Part shown: piece by piece, positions 47,301 through 57,688 of the stretch | Position numbering within the stretch: the first letter of the stretch is position 1 | Layout of the letters: every line of letters begins with the position of its first letter | Assembly: GCA_036677065.1 (NCBI GenBank) | Contig: JAKFBS010000001.1 | Span: 480,001 to 544,000 of the forward strand | Direction: 5' to 3' | Length of the DNA stretch: 64,000 nt | DNA from: Bdellovibrio sp. | GTDB taxonomy: Bacteria; Bdellovibrionota; Bdellovibrionia; Bdellovibrionales; Bdellovibrionaceae | The notes under the pieces: model-generated | Told to the model about the DNA's origin: nothing | Databases searched by the model: none | Seen by the model: the letters and a program-made list of their open reading frames with translations, nothing else | Translations under genes and position numbers: made by a program

Positions 47301-50009
47301 AGTGATTGGTATGGATTTTTGAATTACGACACCGCTACCGATGTATTTACTATCGATACAGCGTTAAATGGTGTCACGACTGGTGCGGGCGGTATTCATA
47401 TTAAACACACAAGTGGAAATGTCGGAATCGGAACAAGCGCGCCAACCGAAGCCCTGCAAGTGAGTGGAGCGATCAGAGCTAATGCAGTTTTAAATTCGAC
47501 AAATGAAATCTTTGAAATAAATGCGGGCATAACTCTTACGGATTCTACAAATCCTGCGTTAGAACTTAGAACGACAGCTGCAGTCAGTGATGCGGGCGCT
47601 GTTCGTCTAACGATGGGTGAAACAGCTACATCTTTCATATCATTTGGAAAAGAAGTTGGTGGAGCTGCTAAATCCGATTACTTATATATAAACAATACGG
47701 GCAGCGTCGGCATTGGCACCGCTTCGCCTACACAGTCGCTTGATGTTATTGGTACAATTAAATTCGGTGCAGATACTGTGCGAGCTGGCCATTTAAAATC
47801 AGTTGGCAGCGGCTTGTCGCCAAATCCAGGATCTTCAGCTTTCGGTGCGATCGTCGAAGGTGCCAATGAAGGTCATTTAGTTTTAGATTTAAAGAATAAT
47901 CAAACAAATGATGCCATCGCTTTTCGTTATTCGGCAGCACAGAACATGGTGGTCGACACTGTCGGTTTGGTAATGAATGGTTCTGGTGAAGTCGGTATTG
48001 GAACAACAGTTCCAAGTTCAAAACTAGAAGTTGTAGTTAATAGCAGTGCTATTACTCCTGGATCAGGCAATGCCATTAAAATTTCAAATGCAGATCCGAC
48101 CCTTAACAATATGGCGGGTCTTATTTTTAATGCTTCTGTTACTGGTTCATCTGGCGCCGGTATGTATACAGCGTTTGAAGAACAGGACGCTTCCCCTGCT
48201 GCCAATCTTCGTTTTTACACCAACTCGGGTTCAGCATTTACTGAAAGGATGCGAATTTCAAAAGAAGGTAACGTCGGTATTGGTACAGCAACCCCAGGAG
48301 CGCAACTTGAAGTTGCGAATGGGGATATTAAAATTGGTACGAGCGGCAAAGGTATTGGTTTGACGCCTAATTCTCCTGCTACGCCAAGAGATATTACTTG
48401 GGACGGTACAGGAACTTTAATTCGCGACACTGGCTATGTAGATTTCTTAGCAGATTCTAATGGTGATGCATCCGGTGGTTTTAGATTTTATGCCAGCGGA
48501 ACTACTCGTGCCTCGGCAACACCTCTTGTAACTATAGGTTTGTCTGGCAACGTTGGTATTGGTACAAGTACCCCAACATACCCACTGCACGTTAGCGGTT
48601 CAGTTCGTGTCTACGGTAATATTTACGGCGGAGGAAACTCGGTCGGTACTCCTAGCGGTGAAACTAACGGCATGTGGGTTTATGGTCCAAGTTATTTAAA
48701 TTTTGGTATGTTCTATACTGAAGGTAATCCTGATAAAATCAGCATTTCTCCGAATGGCGGCGGAACATCTGTTCCGGTCATGGTCATTAGTGGAAACGGC
48801 AACATCGGTATAGGTACATCATCCCCAAGCGCTGCATTGAATGTAGTTGGCTCTGGTGGTGCTGATGATGACATTCATATTGATTCGTATTCTGATTCGC
48901 AAGAAGGAACCGTGATGTTAAGAAGAGCTCGCGGTACAGTGGCTTCGGCGACAACTTTACTTGCTGGTGACCGTCTTGGTTTTTATACCTTCAGAGGTTA
49001 CAACGGATCCGCCTTTGTAGATTTAGCACGTATGCAATCTACAACCGAGACTGATTTGAATGTGAGTCATACTGCAAATCTTCAATTCATTACGACTTAC
49101 AACGGTGCTAGCACAGAAAGAATGCGAATTACGGCTTCGGGCGCAGTAGGTGTCGGTACCGCTGCTCCGACTGCTGGGTATAGAATGGATGTTTTCGGTG
49201 ATTTGCAAGTTGGTAACGGCGGTGCTTCGCAGACAATACGATTTAGAACCGCAAATACAGACAGTGGTTTTATCAGATTTAATTCAACTGCAGATTCTGC
49301 AGGAAATTCGTCGTTAGAAATTGGTACGATGGATAATAATGATGAGCCGATTATTTTCACACAATCAGGCCTTGAAAGAATGCGTATTCATACAAATACA
49401 TATGTGGGTATTGGAACTGCAACTCCAACTACACACCTTGCCGTGAATTCAAGCGCAGGCTATACGATTATCTCAAATAAAAATTCTGCGGCCGGTGGAC
49501 AGGAATGGCGCTGGTATTCATCATCAACAGGTGCGCCACTTGGATCAGACTCAATGTGTTTCGGTCTTGGCACGTGTATCTTAAGTATTTATTCGAGCGG
49601 TAACGCTACATTAGCAGGAACTCTTACGCAAAGTTCTGATGTGCGTTTAAAACGCGAAATCAGTTCGATTCCTTACGCACTTGATGCAGTCACAAAACTT
49701 GATGGTGTGACGTACTTCTGGAAAGACTCAACAAAAGATGCAACCAAACAAATTGGTCTTATCGCCCAAGATGTGGAAAAAGTTTTTCCTGAAGCTGTGA
49801 AAACCAATGCCCAAGGATTTAAATCAGTGGCTTATCAAAACTTAGTAGCTCCGATCATCAATGCATTGCGCGAGATTCGTGAGTGGATGTTTGCAACTGA
49901 CGAACGCGTATCAGCTCTAGAAAAAGATAATGCTAAAATTAAAGCAGAAAATCAGATGCTTAAAGAATATCTTTGCGAAAAAGATCCATCAGCAAAAATC
50001 TGTAAGTAA
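44397..50009 (+). CDS. Phage-tail-fibre-like mosaic trimeric adhesin with C-terminal peptidase S74 chaperone (Bdellovibrio MAT-type)
   Basis: Signal peptide; TYQAKIVKPDG...INAVPYA N-domain; NNLSDL..ARANLG; GTYNKVTVDAKGRV. About 12 (N/Y)VGIGTxxP repeats, then SDVRLK...GLIAQDVEKVFPE...VAYQNL and a coiled coil. Confidence 0.88.
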   Translation: MKNVCGTLSRWLFIFVSIFILAPSVFSANYTTYQAKIVKPDGYPLESNNVNFKFTILEPSGSCILYAETYSSVNMANTGGLISFSLGSGVKTYPVSSPTFVDIFNNAVASHSCDAGGPVSYSPNSDDTRKIVMQFHDGNGWQTLPAMTINAVPYAMYANDSQQLGGISATNYVRYSTIPTCTASQALQYTGASFNCVALPDSGVFSAADVATALSYTPANAVSVTSLNSEIGNVSSTVYAVSSTVNSLTANFSSLQNSVAVSLAAITSSQWVMSGTTLFYNSGNVVVSGGLRISMDVAACSINLAGALRYNSGAVEYCNGTTWTAFGVSGAGLQGLNGSTSGTQTFAIGTTGTAPTFATNNGVHTLNIPLASAGSVTGGLLSNADYSTFMNKITSSAASIAQVLGFTPANNATLANYAVRSNNLSDLTSSATARANLGVGYIGTLTTVDLSSADVSGTLAIARTPSYIGDVTKAAASNSLVLSSTGVVAGTYNKVTVDAKGRVISSSALTASDVNTALTYTAANSATVSSLNSSVIASFTSVANSLATISGTLSSNVSSQWTTSGAAIFYNSNVGVGTETPAAKLHIWRSGGTTIGGSSSDTANAGLLIEGGAAGAMAIDGNEIQQFGDTLFLRGENGINFAIGDGADGNSTTPMLLNSNGRLGVGTTNPLVQNHFHKVTTMGTVGALNINAAVLRISEAASTTLNFDGNTIVAEDDLFLGTKGSGVFHLISSDTVRVNIANTGNIGVGANFIPTARLHLVSGTTAANSAPLKFTSGTLMTAAQAGAMEYDGFGFYLTDGAGTRRVIATATQPGSLDNASIINSTGNMNLVPVGSVIVSATTQSTNSQTGALVVKGGLGVAGNIFASGTIITSSNIQGASITATNGMIAPYIAGSIVSSGSLTLDSTTHATKGKILLAPNGGYVGVGTVVPTEKFHVAGNGLYRSNDTILKVQESNHALGSAQIQVGQSDWYGFLNYDTATDVFTIDTALNGVTTGAGGIHIKHTSGNVGIGTSAPTEALQVSGAIRANAVLNSTNEIFEINAGITLTDSTNPALELRTTAAVSDAGAVRLTMGETATSFISFGKEVGGAAKSDYLYINNTGSVGIGTASPTQSLDVIGTIKFGADTVRAGHLKSVGSGLSPNPGSSAFGAIVEGANEGHLVLDLKNNQTNDAIAFRYSAAQNMVVDTVGLVMNGSGEVGIGTTVPSSKLEVVVNSSAITPGSGNAIKISNADPTLNNMAGLIFNASVTGSSGAGMYTAFEEQDASPAANLRFYTNSGSAFTERMRISKEGNVGIGTATPGAQLEVANGDIKIGTSGKGIGLTPNSPATPRDITWDGTGTLIRDTGYVDFLADSNGDASGGFRFYASGTTRASATPLVTIGLSGNVGIGTSTPTYPLHVSGSVRVYGNIYGGGNSVGTPSGETNGMWVYGPSYLNFGMFYTEGNPDKISISPNGGGTSVPVMVISGNGNIGIGTSSPSAALNVVGSGGADDDIHIDSYSDSQEGTVMLRRARGTVASATTLLAGDRLGFYTFRGYNGSAFVDLARMQSTTETDLNVSHTANLQFITTYNGASTERMRITASGAVGVGTAAPTAGYRMDVFGDLQVGNGGASQTIRFRTANTDSGFIRFNSTADSAGNSSLEIGTMDNNDEPIIFTQSGLERMRIHTNTYVGIGTATPTTHLAVNSSAGYTIISNKNSAAGGQEWRWYSSSTGAPLGSDSMCFGLGTCILSIYSSGNATLAGTLTQSSDVRLKREISSIPYALDAVTKLDGVTYFWKDSTKDATKQIGLIAQDVEKVFPEAVKTNAQGFKSVAYQNLVAPIINALREIREWMFATDERVSALEKDNAKIKAENQMLKEYLCEKDPSAKICK

Positions 50010-50163
50010 CAATTTTTACAATCTCAGTGACGTTAAATGTTTTTATTGAAGACTTGCTCTAGCGTGAGCGTGACGTAAAATCCAGTACAGCTGAAAAAAT
50101 TCTGGCCCCAATATTGTAAATGCATTTCCACGACGATTATTTTTTCGAAAGTTGTGGGGGGCC

Positions 50164-50973
50164 ATGAAACTTTTATTACTAACAGCCATTATTCTAGGAT
50201 TTCATTCACTATCTCAGGCGAATCAAATCACCGCATCTATTGTAACTAAACACAATGATCAGCTGGTGATGGTTTCTGAATCTGACCTTGAGTGGGGTTT
50301 AAATCAGGTTCCTTTTAATTCTTTAAAAAATTTGCAAATTAAAGGTACGTTTATGAGCGCAGAGCGCGCTATTTTGGTTTTTGATATCAATGAAACCGTT
50401 TCGAGCCCTGAAACTGTCGCGACTACTTTACAAACCCATGTATTAACGGTGCAGGAAAAGCTAGTGGCTGCTGAAATCGATCCAGCCACAGATATGGTTA
50501 AGGTTCTGCTTTCAGAATCAGGTGAAGTTTTAACCACAAACGCTGAATTAGTAGGCATAATTACTCAAGTAAGTGCTGCACATATAGGCAAGCAGCTGTT
50601 TTGGGCTGCTGATGGCCAGATTTTTACAACTGACGGGCAAAAAATTGGTCGCGTAACGATTGATGGAGTAGTCGTTACGATGGTCACGGATTTGAACAAA
50701 AAAATTGCGACGTTGACGGGCTCTGGCTCTGAAATCGTGATCACGGGCGAGAAAAAAGAATTCTTAGCTTCGATCGATGAACTTCAGGATCTCAACGCAC
50801 AACAAAAAGAAAATCCTGAATGGGTACCGGTCACCGATTTAAAAATTTCAAATCTAAGTTCTGTTTTGCAAATTGAATTCAGAAACAGCACAGAAGAAGA
50901 ATCATTTACTGTCTTTAAATTGGTTTCTCCTCTGGTGGTAAGCCAGATTAAAGAGAACCAAGCTAAAAATTAA
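50164..50973 (+). CDS. Hypothetical secreted protein
   Basis: GGGGG RBS and signal peptide; no motif recognised. Confidence 0.6.
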   Translation: MKLLLLTAIILGFHSLSQANQITASIVTKHNDQLVMVSESDLEWGLNQVPFNSLKNLQIKGTFMSAERAILVFDINETVSSPETVATTLQTHVLTVQEKLVAAEIDPATDMVKVLLSESGEVLTTNAELVGIITQVSAAHIGKQLFWAADGQIFTTDGQKIGRVTIDGVVVTMVTDLNKKIATLTGSGSEIVITGEKKEFLASIDELQDLNAQQKENPEWVPVTDLKISNLSSVLQIEFRNSTEEESFTVFKLVSPLVVSQIKENQAKN

Positions 50974-51044
50974 GGCCTTTTTAAGTATTGAGCCAGACCA
51001 AAATCTGGTTCGCGAAAACACAATCATTCCCTGATGGTTTTCAG

Positions 51045-51079
51045 CCCCCATAGAGATTGGCTCTATGGGGGTATTTTTT
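51045..51079 (+). terminator. Rho-independent terminator-like hairpin
   Basis: CCCCCATAGAG-attgg-CTCTATGGGGG, an 11-bp perfect stem followed by TATTTTTT. Confidence 0.75.
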
Positions 51080-51169
51080 ATGGACCATTGGTGTATCGTG
51101 CCTTGCCCCAGGCCTGAATCAGCTCTAAGCTTATTTATTGTAAAACCCAGCAGGCTTAAGGCGGCATAC

Positions 51170-53824
51170 ATGTTTCAAAAGATAGCAGCAAAATTATTCG
51201 GCACTCACCACGATCGCGAGATGAAAAAGATCCAGCCAACGGTGGATAAAATCAATTCTTACGAAGAAGCGATGAAAAAACTGTCGGATGACGAATTAAA
51301 AAATAAAACTAACGAATTCAAAGCACGTTTAGCTAAAGGCGAAACGGTTGATGATATTATGCCAGAAGCCTTCGCGGTTTGTCGTGAAGCTTCAAAACGT
51401 ACGTTAGGCATGCGCCATTACGATGTGCAAATGATCGGCGGAGTAGTTTTAAATCGCGGTGGTATTGCTGAGATGCGTACTGGTGAAGGTAAAACTTTAG
51501 TTGCTACACTTCCTGTTTATTTAAATGCGCTTACTGGTAAAGGTGTTCACGTTGTATCGGTGAATGATTACTTAGTTCGTCGTGACTGCGAAGAGATGAG
51601 CAGAATTTATAACTGGTTAGGCCTAACTTCGGCGGTTGTCGTTCATGGTTTATCAGATGATCAGCGTCGTGCGGCTTACAATGCAGATATCACATATTGC
51701 ACAAACAATGAAATCGGTTTCGATTATCTTCGTGATAATATGAAATTTGATTTAAATGATTACGTTCAACGTAAACCACACTTTGCCATCGTGGATGAGT
51801 GCGATTCGATCTTAATCGATGAAGCGCGTACTCCGTTGATCATTTCAGGTCCTGCAGAAGCATCGACTGATAAGTATTATACAATTGATAAAATTATTCC
51901 GTTCTTGAAAAAAGATTTACATTTCACGATCGAAGAAAAATCAAAATCTGCTTCATTAACTGAAGAGGGTAATCAAGAAGTCGAAAAATTATTAAAATTA
52001 GATAACTTATACGATCCACAAAATATTGAAATTCTTCACCACGTTAACCAAGCGTTACGTGCGCATAATCTTTACCGCTTAGATGTTGAGTACATGATTA
52101 AAGATGGCGAAATCGTGATCGTCGATGAATTTACTGGCCGTTTGATGCCGGGTCGCCGCTGGTCAGATGGTTTACATCAGGCGATCGAAGCCAAAGAAAA
52201 AGTTGAAGTTAAAAATGAAAATCAAACTTTAGCGACAATTACTTTTCAAAATTACTTTCGTATGTATGATAAACTTTCTGGCATGACAGGTACGGCAGAT
52301 ACAGAAGCTGTCGAGTTCAGAAAAATCTACAACTTAAGCGTGAATGTTATTCCGACGAACAAACCAATTCGCCGTGATGATAAAGAAGATATCGTTTTCA
52401 AAACTGAAAATGCTAAATACAAAGCGATCGTAAACGATATTCGTGAGCGTCACGCCAAAGGCCAACCAGTATTAGTCGGTACCGCTTCGATTGAAAAATC
52501 AGAGGCGATTTCAAGATTCTTAAAAAATGAAGGTATCCGTCATGACGTTTTAAATGCGAAACATCACGAACGCGAAGCCGAAATTATCGCCCTTGCAGGT
52601 CGTAAAGGTTCAATCACTATCGCTACAAATATGGCCGGTCGTGGAACTGACATTCGCTTAGGTGGTAATCCTGAAGTTCTGGCTAAAAAAGCAGTTGATG
52701 ATGAATCAACTCCAGAATACGCAGAAGCTTTAAAAAAATATAAAGCACAAGTAGAAGCTGAAAAACAAGAAGTGTTAGCAGCTGGTGGATTGTATATCGT
52801 AGGTACTGAGCGCCATGAATCACGTCGTATTGATAATCAATTACGTGGTCGTGCCGGACGTCAAGGTGACCCGGGCGAATCAATGTTCTACTTATCGTTA
52901 GAAGATAATTTAATGCGTATCTTTAATGGTGAGCGTATTCAAAAAATCATGACGATGTTAAATATTCCAGAAGATGAACCAATTGTTCATAAAATGGTAA
53001 CGAACGCTATCGAAGGCGCGCAAAGAAAAGTCGAAGGTCACAACTTTGATATTCGTAAGCATTTACTTGATTACGATGATGTGATGAACCAACAAAGAAA
53101 TGCGATTTACAAATTACGTCGTAAAATCCTTGAAGGTACAGATTTAGAACGCACAATCTTAGATTACTTAGGTGATGTTGTTTCAAATATTTTAGATAGT
53201 TTTATTGCGGCAGATGCAAAACCAAGTGATTGGAATTTAGAGGGTTTAAACAACGCTTTAATGCAACAATTTGGATTCCGCGTAGCAACCGAGGGTAGAA
53301 AAGCCGCTGAAATTGAGACTGAAATCACAGATAATGTTAAAAAAATCTATGATATGCAGAAAAAATCAATGGGTCCTTTCTATGAGCAGATCGCTAAGAT
53401 GATTTTATTAAATGCGATTGATCAAAAATGGAAAGAACACTTGTACACGATCGATAAAGTTAAAGAAGGTATTAACCTTCGTGCTTACGGCCAAAAAGAT
53501 CCATTAATCGAATACAAAAAAGAAGCCTTCTTGGCTTTTGAAAATTTAAATCATGCGATCAAAGGCGAATCTGTTGAAAAAATCATGCGCGTACAATTAA
53601 TGGGTGAAGGTTTGCAAGAAGCCATTGAAAGAATGCGTCCAGAAGAAACAGATATGGATGAATTAAATTTTTCGGCTCCGGATGAAAATGCTGCGTTTTC
53701 TGCGCCTGTAGGTTCTGGCCTGGATACAGTTCCCGAAGCTTCCACAAAACGTAAAATTGTAACTGGTCCGCCCCGTGGTGATGATCGACCAACGAATCGT
53801 GCGGATCGCCGGAAGAAAAAATAA
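51170..53824 (+). CDS. secA: Preprotein translocase ATPase SecA
   Basis: [39 protein letters not shown] and [21 protein letters not shown]; start ATG at 51170. Confidence 0.99.
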   Translation: MFQKIAAKLFGTHHDREMKKIQPTVDKINSYEEAMKKLSDDELKNKTNEFKARLAKGETVDDIMPEAFAVCREASKRTLGMRHYDVQMIGGVVLNRGGIAEMRTGEGKTLVATLPVYLNALTGKGVHVVSVNDYLVRRDCEEMSRIYNWLGLTSAVVVHGLSDDQRRAAYNADITYCTNNEIGFDYLRDNMKFDLNDYVQRKPHFAIVDECDSILIDEARTPLIISGPAEASTDKYYTIDKIIPFLKKDLHFTIEEKSKSASLTEEGNQEVEKLLKLDNLYDPQNIEILHHVNQALRAHNLYRLDVEYMIKDGEIVIVDEFTGRLMPGRRWSDGLHQAIEAKEKVEVKNENQTLATITFQNYFRMYDKLSGMTGTADTEAVEFRKIYNLSVNVIPTNKPIRRDDKEDIVFKTENAKYKAIVNDIRERHAKGQPVLVGTASIEKSEAISRFLKNEGIRHDVLNAKHHEREAEIIALAGRKGSITIATNMAGRGTDIRLGGNPEVLAKKAVDDESTPEYAEALKKYKAQVEAEKQEVLAAGGLYIVGTERHESRRIDNQLRGRAGRQGDPGESMFYLSLEDNLMRIFNGERIQKIMTMLNIPEDEPIVHKMVTNAIEGAQRKVEGHNFDIRKHLLDYDDVMNQQRNAIYKLRRKILEGTDLERTILDYLGDVVSNILDSFIAADAKPSDWNLEGLNNALMQQFGFRVATEGRKAAEIETEITDNVKKIYDMQKKSMGPFYEQIAKMILLNAIDQKWKEHLYTIDKVKEGINLRAYGQKDPLIEYKKEAFLAFENLNHAIKGESVEKIMRVQLMGEGLQEAIERMRPEETDMDELNFSAPDENAAFSAPVGSGLDTVPEASTKRKIVTGPPRGDDRPTNRADRRKKK

Positions 53825-54588
53825 TGCAATGTCCGAGCTGTCAAAAAGAAGTCAGCGTTCAAGATAAAGATGTGGGGGCTCTGTTTACTTGCCCTCAATG
53901 TCGAAGCGTTTACTTTATTAATTTTGATGGCACCCCTGAATACGGCGATGTCGATCAGCCTTCAGCTGAAGAGTTAGAAAAACTACAAAATCAATCAATA
54001 CCCGAGAAAAAAAAGAAAAAGAAAAAAAGTAAATCAGATGAAACTGAAGCCGAAGAGTTAGAAGCACAGGCTGCGGGTTTTGAAATGGAAGTTCCGGCAA
54101 TGGAGATGTCTCCTGTCGATACGCCAGCATTTGAAATACAATCAGAACCCGCTCCATTTACTTTAGAAGAACAACCTGCAGATACATTTCAAATAGAGCC
54201 TGAGCCAGAACCGATACCGTTTGAAGCGTTCCCTACAGAGATACCTTCAATCGAAAATATATCTTACGAAGCCCCGCAAACCACGAGCGGACAAGATTTT
54301 TCATCGATTGCCTCTGAAATTGAAACTTTTGGTAATCAACACACTGCTGTTGCGGGCATTAGTTACGATCTTGAAATCACAGGCCTTGATACGAAACAAT
54401 CGCAAGAGCTTTTGCGTGAAGCTATTGATGATGCCCGTTTTGGCTGGCACCCCGAGGATATCGTTCGCGAAATCAGAACGGGCACTTGTCATTTGAAAAA
54501 TTTAACCCCGGTGCAGGCTTTTGTAATCGCGCGCCGAATTCAATTTATTGATGTGCAAATGAAATGGAAACAACATGTATTGGCTTAA
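53824..54588 (+). CDS. Zinc-ribbon protein with acidic linker
   Basis: N-terminal CPSC...CPQC, a poly-Lys patch and a Glu/Pro-rich linker; TAATG overlap with secA. Confidence 0.65.
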   Translation: MQCPSCQKEVSVQDKDVGALFTCPQCRSVYFINFDGTPEYGDVDQPSAEELEKLQNQSIPEKKKKKKKSKSDETEAEELEAQAAGFEMEVPAMEMSPVDTPAFEIQSEPAPFTLEEQPADTFQIEPEPEPIPFEAFPTEIPSIENISYEAPQTTSGQDFSSIASEIETFGNQHTAVAGISYDLEITGLDTKQSQELLREAIDDARFGWHPEDIVREIRTGTCHLKNLTPVQAFVIARRIQFIDVQMKWKQHVLA

Positions 54589-55177
54589 GCGTCTAACTCT
54601 AGTTGTAACAACTGTATGTCTAACTGAAGCCTTTGCCAGTGATAAACCGGCAGAGGGGGATAAAGCCAAAACACCTGCGAAAGACATGGTTTATTCAGGA
54701 GCGCAAAGCGAAGAATGGTCAAAAATTCAAAAAGACGTTCAAACCGCAAAGATAAAATTTGAAAACGATAAAAAAACTCTCGAAGATTTAAAACACTCAG
54801 CTGAGATGCAAGAAAACCTGTCAAAAGACTCTTTGGCGAAAATTAATGAAGCCAAGAAGACGATGAAAGCTTCGCAAGCGAATTACCTGCGCTTTTTAAA
54901 TCAGTATAATTTGCGTTTTCCAGAAAAAGGCCTAGATGTTGGGCGGAAGTACGAGCGCACAGATTCTGAGCGTGATGGTATTGAGACTGTGGAAGAAAAG
55001 CCACAAGGTGTTGAAGCAAAGCTCAGAAGATTAAACCGTAACATAAAACATCAGTACTTAAATGCTGAAGACCCTAAGAAAAAGCCTAAGAAAAAACAAA
55101 GTTCTGATGAAACCAGCGAAACTTTGCCGCAAACTCCAGCCGCTGATGTGACCGACGAAATCACGATCGAAAAATAG
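54575..55177 (+). CDS. Hypothetical secreted coiled-coil protein
   Basis: Signal peptide (AFA) and a charged helical body. Confidence 0.6.
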   Translation: MYWLKRLTLVVTTVCLTEAFASDKPAEGDKAKTPAKDMVYSGAQSEEWSKIQKDVQTAKIKFENDKKTLEDLKHSAEMQENLSKDSLAKINEAKKTMKASQANYLRFLNQYNLRFPEKGLDVGRKYERTDSERDGIETVEEKPQGVEAKLRRLNRNIKHQYLNAEDPKKKPKKKQSSDETSETLPQTPAADVTDEITIEK

Positions 55178-55334
55178 CTCATAAAATTCAAAACTGTTTT
55201 GCCTAATTGCTGCGCAACCAACTTTCATTTCGCTTTCAATCTTTAAATTGATCGAACTATCTAATTACTATATAAGTATTTAATATCCCTAAAAAAGATA
55301 AGACCTTCAGATCGTGAAAAGGAGTGGCCTTTCT

Positions 55335-55847
55335 ATGTCATCACAAAAAGATTATCACAACAGCGGTGGACTTATTGCCTTACTTGGCTCAGTCGTTTTT
55401 GTTTTCGTTTTTTTCTATTATATCGTTTACATCAACAAAGGTGTTGATCTTGCAGAAAATGTAACTGAGCCAGCAAAGCCAGGCGAAGTACAATTTGATT
55501 TAGCATCTGTAAAAGAACCATGGGTGCCTAATGAACAAGTTCTTGCTGTCGGTGCAAAACTCTTCAAGCAAAACTGTGCTGTTTGTCACGGAGCTAAAGG
55601 TGATTTAGTCGGTGGTATTCCAAACTCTCGTAATCTAGTAGAAGGCGCATGGAAAGCTGGTGGCGGCATGATCGGTCACTATAAAGTTTTGCAAAATGGT
55701 TTACCCGGAACTCAGATGGTTTCGTTCAAAGCGACTCTTAAACCAAATGAACGTTGGGCTGTTGTTCAATTTATTGAATCAATCACAAATAATAAATCAA
55801 AAGACAAACCAGAAGACGTAGCCACTTTCGCGGCGACTGCTGATTAA
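55335..55847 (+). CDS. Membrane-anchored c-type cytochrome
   Basis: TM helix, CAVCH and distal Met in GTQM. Confidence 0.88.
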   Translation: MSSQKDYHNSGGLIALLGSVVFVFVFFYYIVYINKGVDLAENVTEPAKPGEVQFDLASVKEPWVPNEQVLAVGAKLFKQNCAVCHGAKGDLVGGIPNSRNLVEGAWKAGGGMIGHYKVLQNGLPGTQMVSFKATLKPNERWAVVQFIESITNNKSKDKPEDVATFAATAD

Positions 55848-55855
55848 TTAATTTA

Positions 55856-56704
55856 ATGAAAAAACTTTTCGTGCTTTTCTTATTAATAGGTTTAAATTCT
55901 TGGGCGGACAACATGCCGATTCCAGGAACTTTGCCTACCTATACAGGAACACAAAAAGAATCGAATTCAGCAAATGTTCCTGAAGAGCTTAAGGGTGTTG
56001 GTATCAAAGAACACTTGGGCGAATCTATTGATTTAAATTTACAAGTACGTAATGAAGCTGGCCAATTAGTGACTTTGGGTTCATTTTTTAAATCACATAA
56101 ACCGGTGATGTTAAGCCCTGTGTATTTTAATTGTCCGGGACTTTGTAATTTTCACTTTAACGGCGTTATAGAAACACTGCAAAATATTGACTGGAGCCCG
56201 GGCGATAAATTTGAAGTGATTGCATTTAGTTTTGATTCTAAAGAAGGCGCTGAGCTTGCGCAGGCTAAAAAAGCCAACTACATGAAAATGTATAACCGCG
56301 CAGGTACTGAAGGCGGCTTTCATTTCTTATCAGCTGACGAAGCGACAATTAAAAAATTAACGGCTTCATTAGGTTTTGAATATCGTTGGAATGCTCAAGC
56401 CAATGAATGGTCACACGCATCTGCTGCGATCGTGATTACTCCAGAGGGAAAAATCTCTAGATATTTACATGGTATTGCCTTTGAACCAAAAGACATGAAG
56501 CTGGCATTGAACGAAGCTTCAAATGGTAAAATCGGTAATTTGATAGATTCAGTTGTTTTATTTTGTTTCAAGTATGATGAACATAAATCCAAGTATGGCC
56601 TTGAGGTCTTTCGAGTTGTGCAACTCGGAGGCGCTTTGATGGTTCTGATCTTGGCCTTTTGGTTAACGCCTACGTTAATCAAAGCGGGAAGGGAGAAAGT
56701 GTAG
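55856..56704 (+). CDS. SCO1/SenC copper chaperone
   Basis: YFNCPGLC (CxxxC), WSHASA His and a C-terminal TM helix. Confidence 0.9.
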   Translation: MKKLFVLFLLIGLNSWADNMPIPGTLPTYTGTQKESNSANVPEELKGVGIKEHLGESIDLNLQVRNEAGQLVTLGSFFKSHKPVMLSPVYFNCPGLCNFHFNGVIETLQNIDWSPGDKFEVIAFSFDSKEGAELAQAKKANYMKMYNRAGTEGGFHFLSADEATIKKLTASLGFEYRWNAQANEWSHASAAIVITPEGKISRYLHGIAFEPKDMKLALNEASNGKIGNLIDSVVLFCFKYDEHKSKYGLEVFRVVQLGGALMVLILAFWLTPTLIKAGREKV

Positions 56705-56706
56705 CC

Positions 56707-57675
56707 ATGATGTGGTTATTTAGTCTAATAAACAGGGCAAATGCCCAGACATTTATGCCGACCGAGGGCTCGGATATCGCAACGAGAGTTGATAATCTGT
56801 ATGGATTTTTAATTGCTACTAGCTTTATCTCTTGCGCGATTTTAATCGGTGGTATGGTTTACTTTGCGGTAAAATATAAACGCAAAAGTGATAACGATAA
56901 AGTTGCGTACATCACACACGACACTCGTTTAGAAATTATATGGTCAGTGATTCCATTGATTATTTTCTTAGTGGTGTTTGCATGGGGATGGATCATTTAC
57001 CATGATATGCGCAAAATGCCAGAAAACGCTTTAGAAATTCATGTGACTGGCCGCCAATGGGCTTGGATGACTGAATATAAAAACGGTGTAAAATCTCCTG
57101 ATATCGTTGTGCCAGTTGGCCGCGACATCAAAATCGTTTTATCTGCTGAAGATGTTCTTCACTCATTATACATTCCTAGTTTTCGTGTAAAACAAGATGC
57201 GGTGCCGGGGCGTTATACAGCTTTATGGTTTAAAGCTGATAAAATGGGTGAGTTTCATGTGTTTTGTACTGAGTTTTGCGGAACTTCGCACTCAGGCATG
57301 ATCACTAAATTAAGAGTCATATCTCAAGAAGATTTCGATAAATGGTTAATCGAAGAATCTGAAATTTCAACTTTGCCAATTGCTCAACGTGGAGCAAAAA
57401 TTTTCAACACTCGCGCCTGTGCTTCTTGCCACAACGTCGACAATCCAAGTGTTAAAATCGGTCCAAGTTTATTTCAGGCTTTTGGTAAATCAGGAGCTCT
57501 TGAAGATGGCACAACAGTAACCTTAGATGAAAACTATCTACGTGAATCTATTCTTAATTCGCAGTCTCAAATCGCAAAAGGTTTCGGACCGCGTTCAGCA
57601 ATGCCGGCTTTCCAAGGTCAGCTTTCTGAAGCCGAAGTTACGGCGTTAATTGAATATATCAAATCACTTAAGTAA
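56707..57675 (+). CDS. coxB: Cytochrome c oxidase subunit II with fused cytochrome c (caa3 type)
   Basis: CuA motifs DVLHS and CTEFCGTSHSGM; C-terminal CASCH...MPAF. Confidence 0.96.
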   Translation: MMWLFSLINRANAQTFMPTEGSDIATRVDNLYGFLIATSFISCAILIGGMVYFAVKYKRKSDNDKVAYITHDTRLEIIWSVIPLIIFLVVFAWGWIIYHDMRKMPENALEIHVTGRQWAWMTEYKNGVKSPDIVVPVGRDIKIVLSAEDVLHSLYIPSFRVKQDAVPGRYTALWFKADKMGEFHVFCTEFCGTSHSGMITKLRVISQEDFDKWLIEESEISTLPIAQRGAKIFNTRACASCHNVDNPSVKIGPSLFQAFGKSGALEDGTTVTLDENYLRESILNSQSQIAKGFGPRSAMPAFQGQLSEAEVTALIEYIKSLK

Positions 57676-57688
57676 TTAGGGAGAGCAA

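Noticed and set aside
44397..50009. Prophage or tailocin suggested by the tail-fibre/S74 gene
   Set aside because: There are no capsid, tail, terminase, integrase or lysis genes nearby, and the protein has a Sec signal peptide. This fits a domesticated adhesin.
51065..51169. 35-aa N-terminal extension of SecA
   Set aside because: It starts inside the terminator hairpin, and SecA similarity begins at the ATG at 51170.
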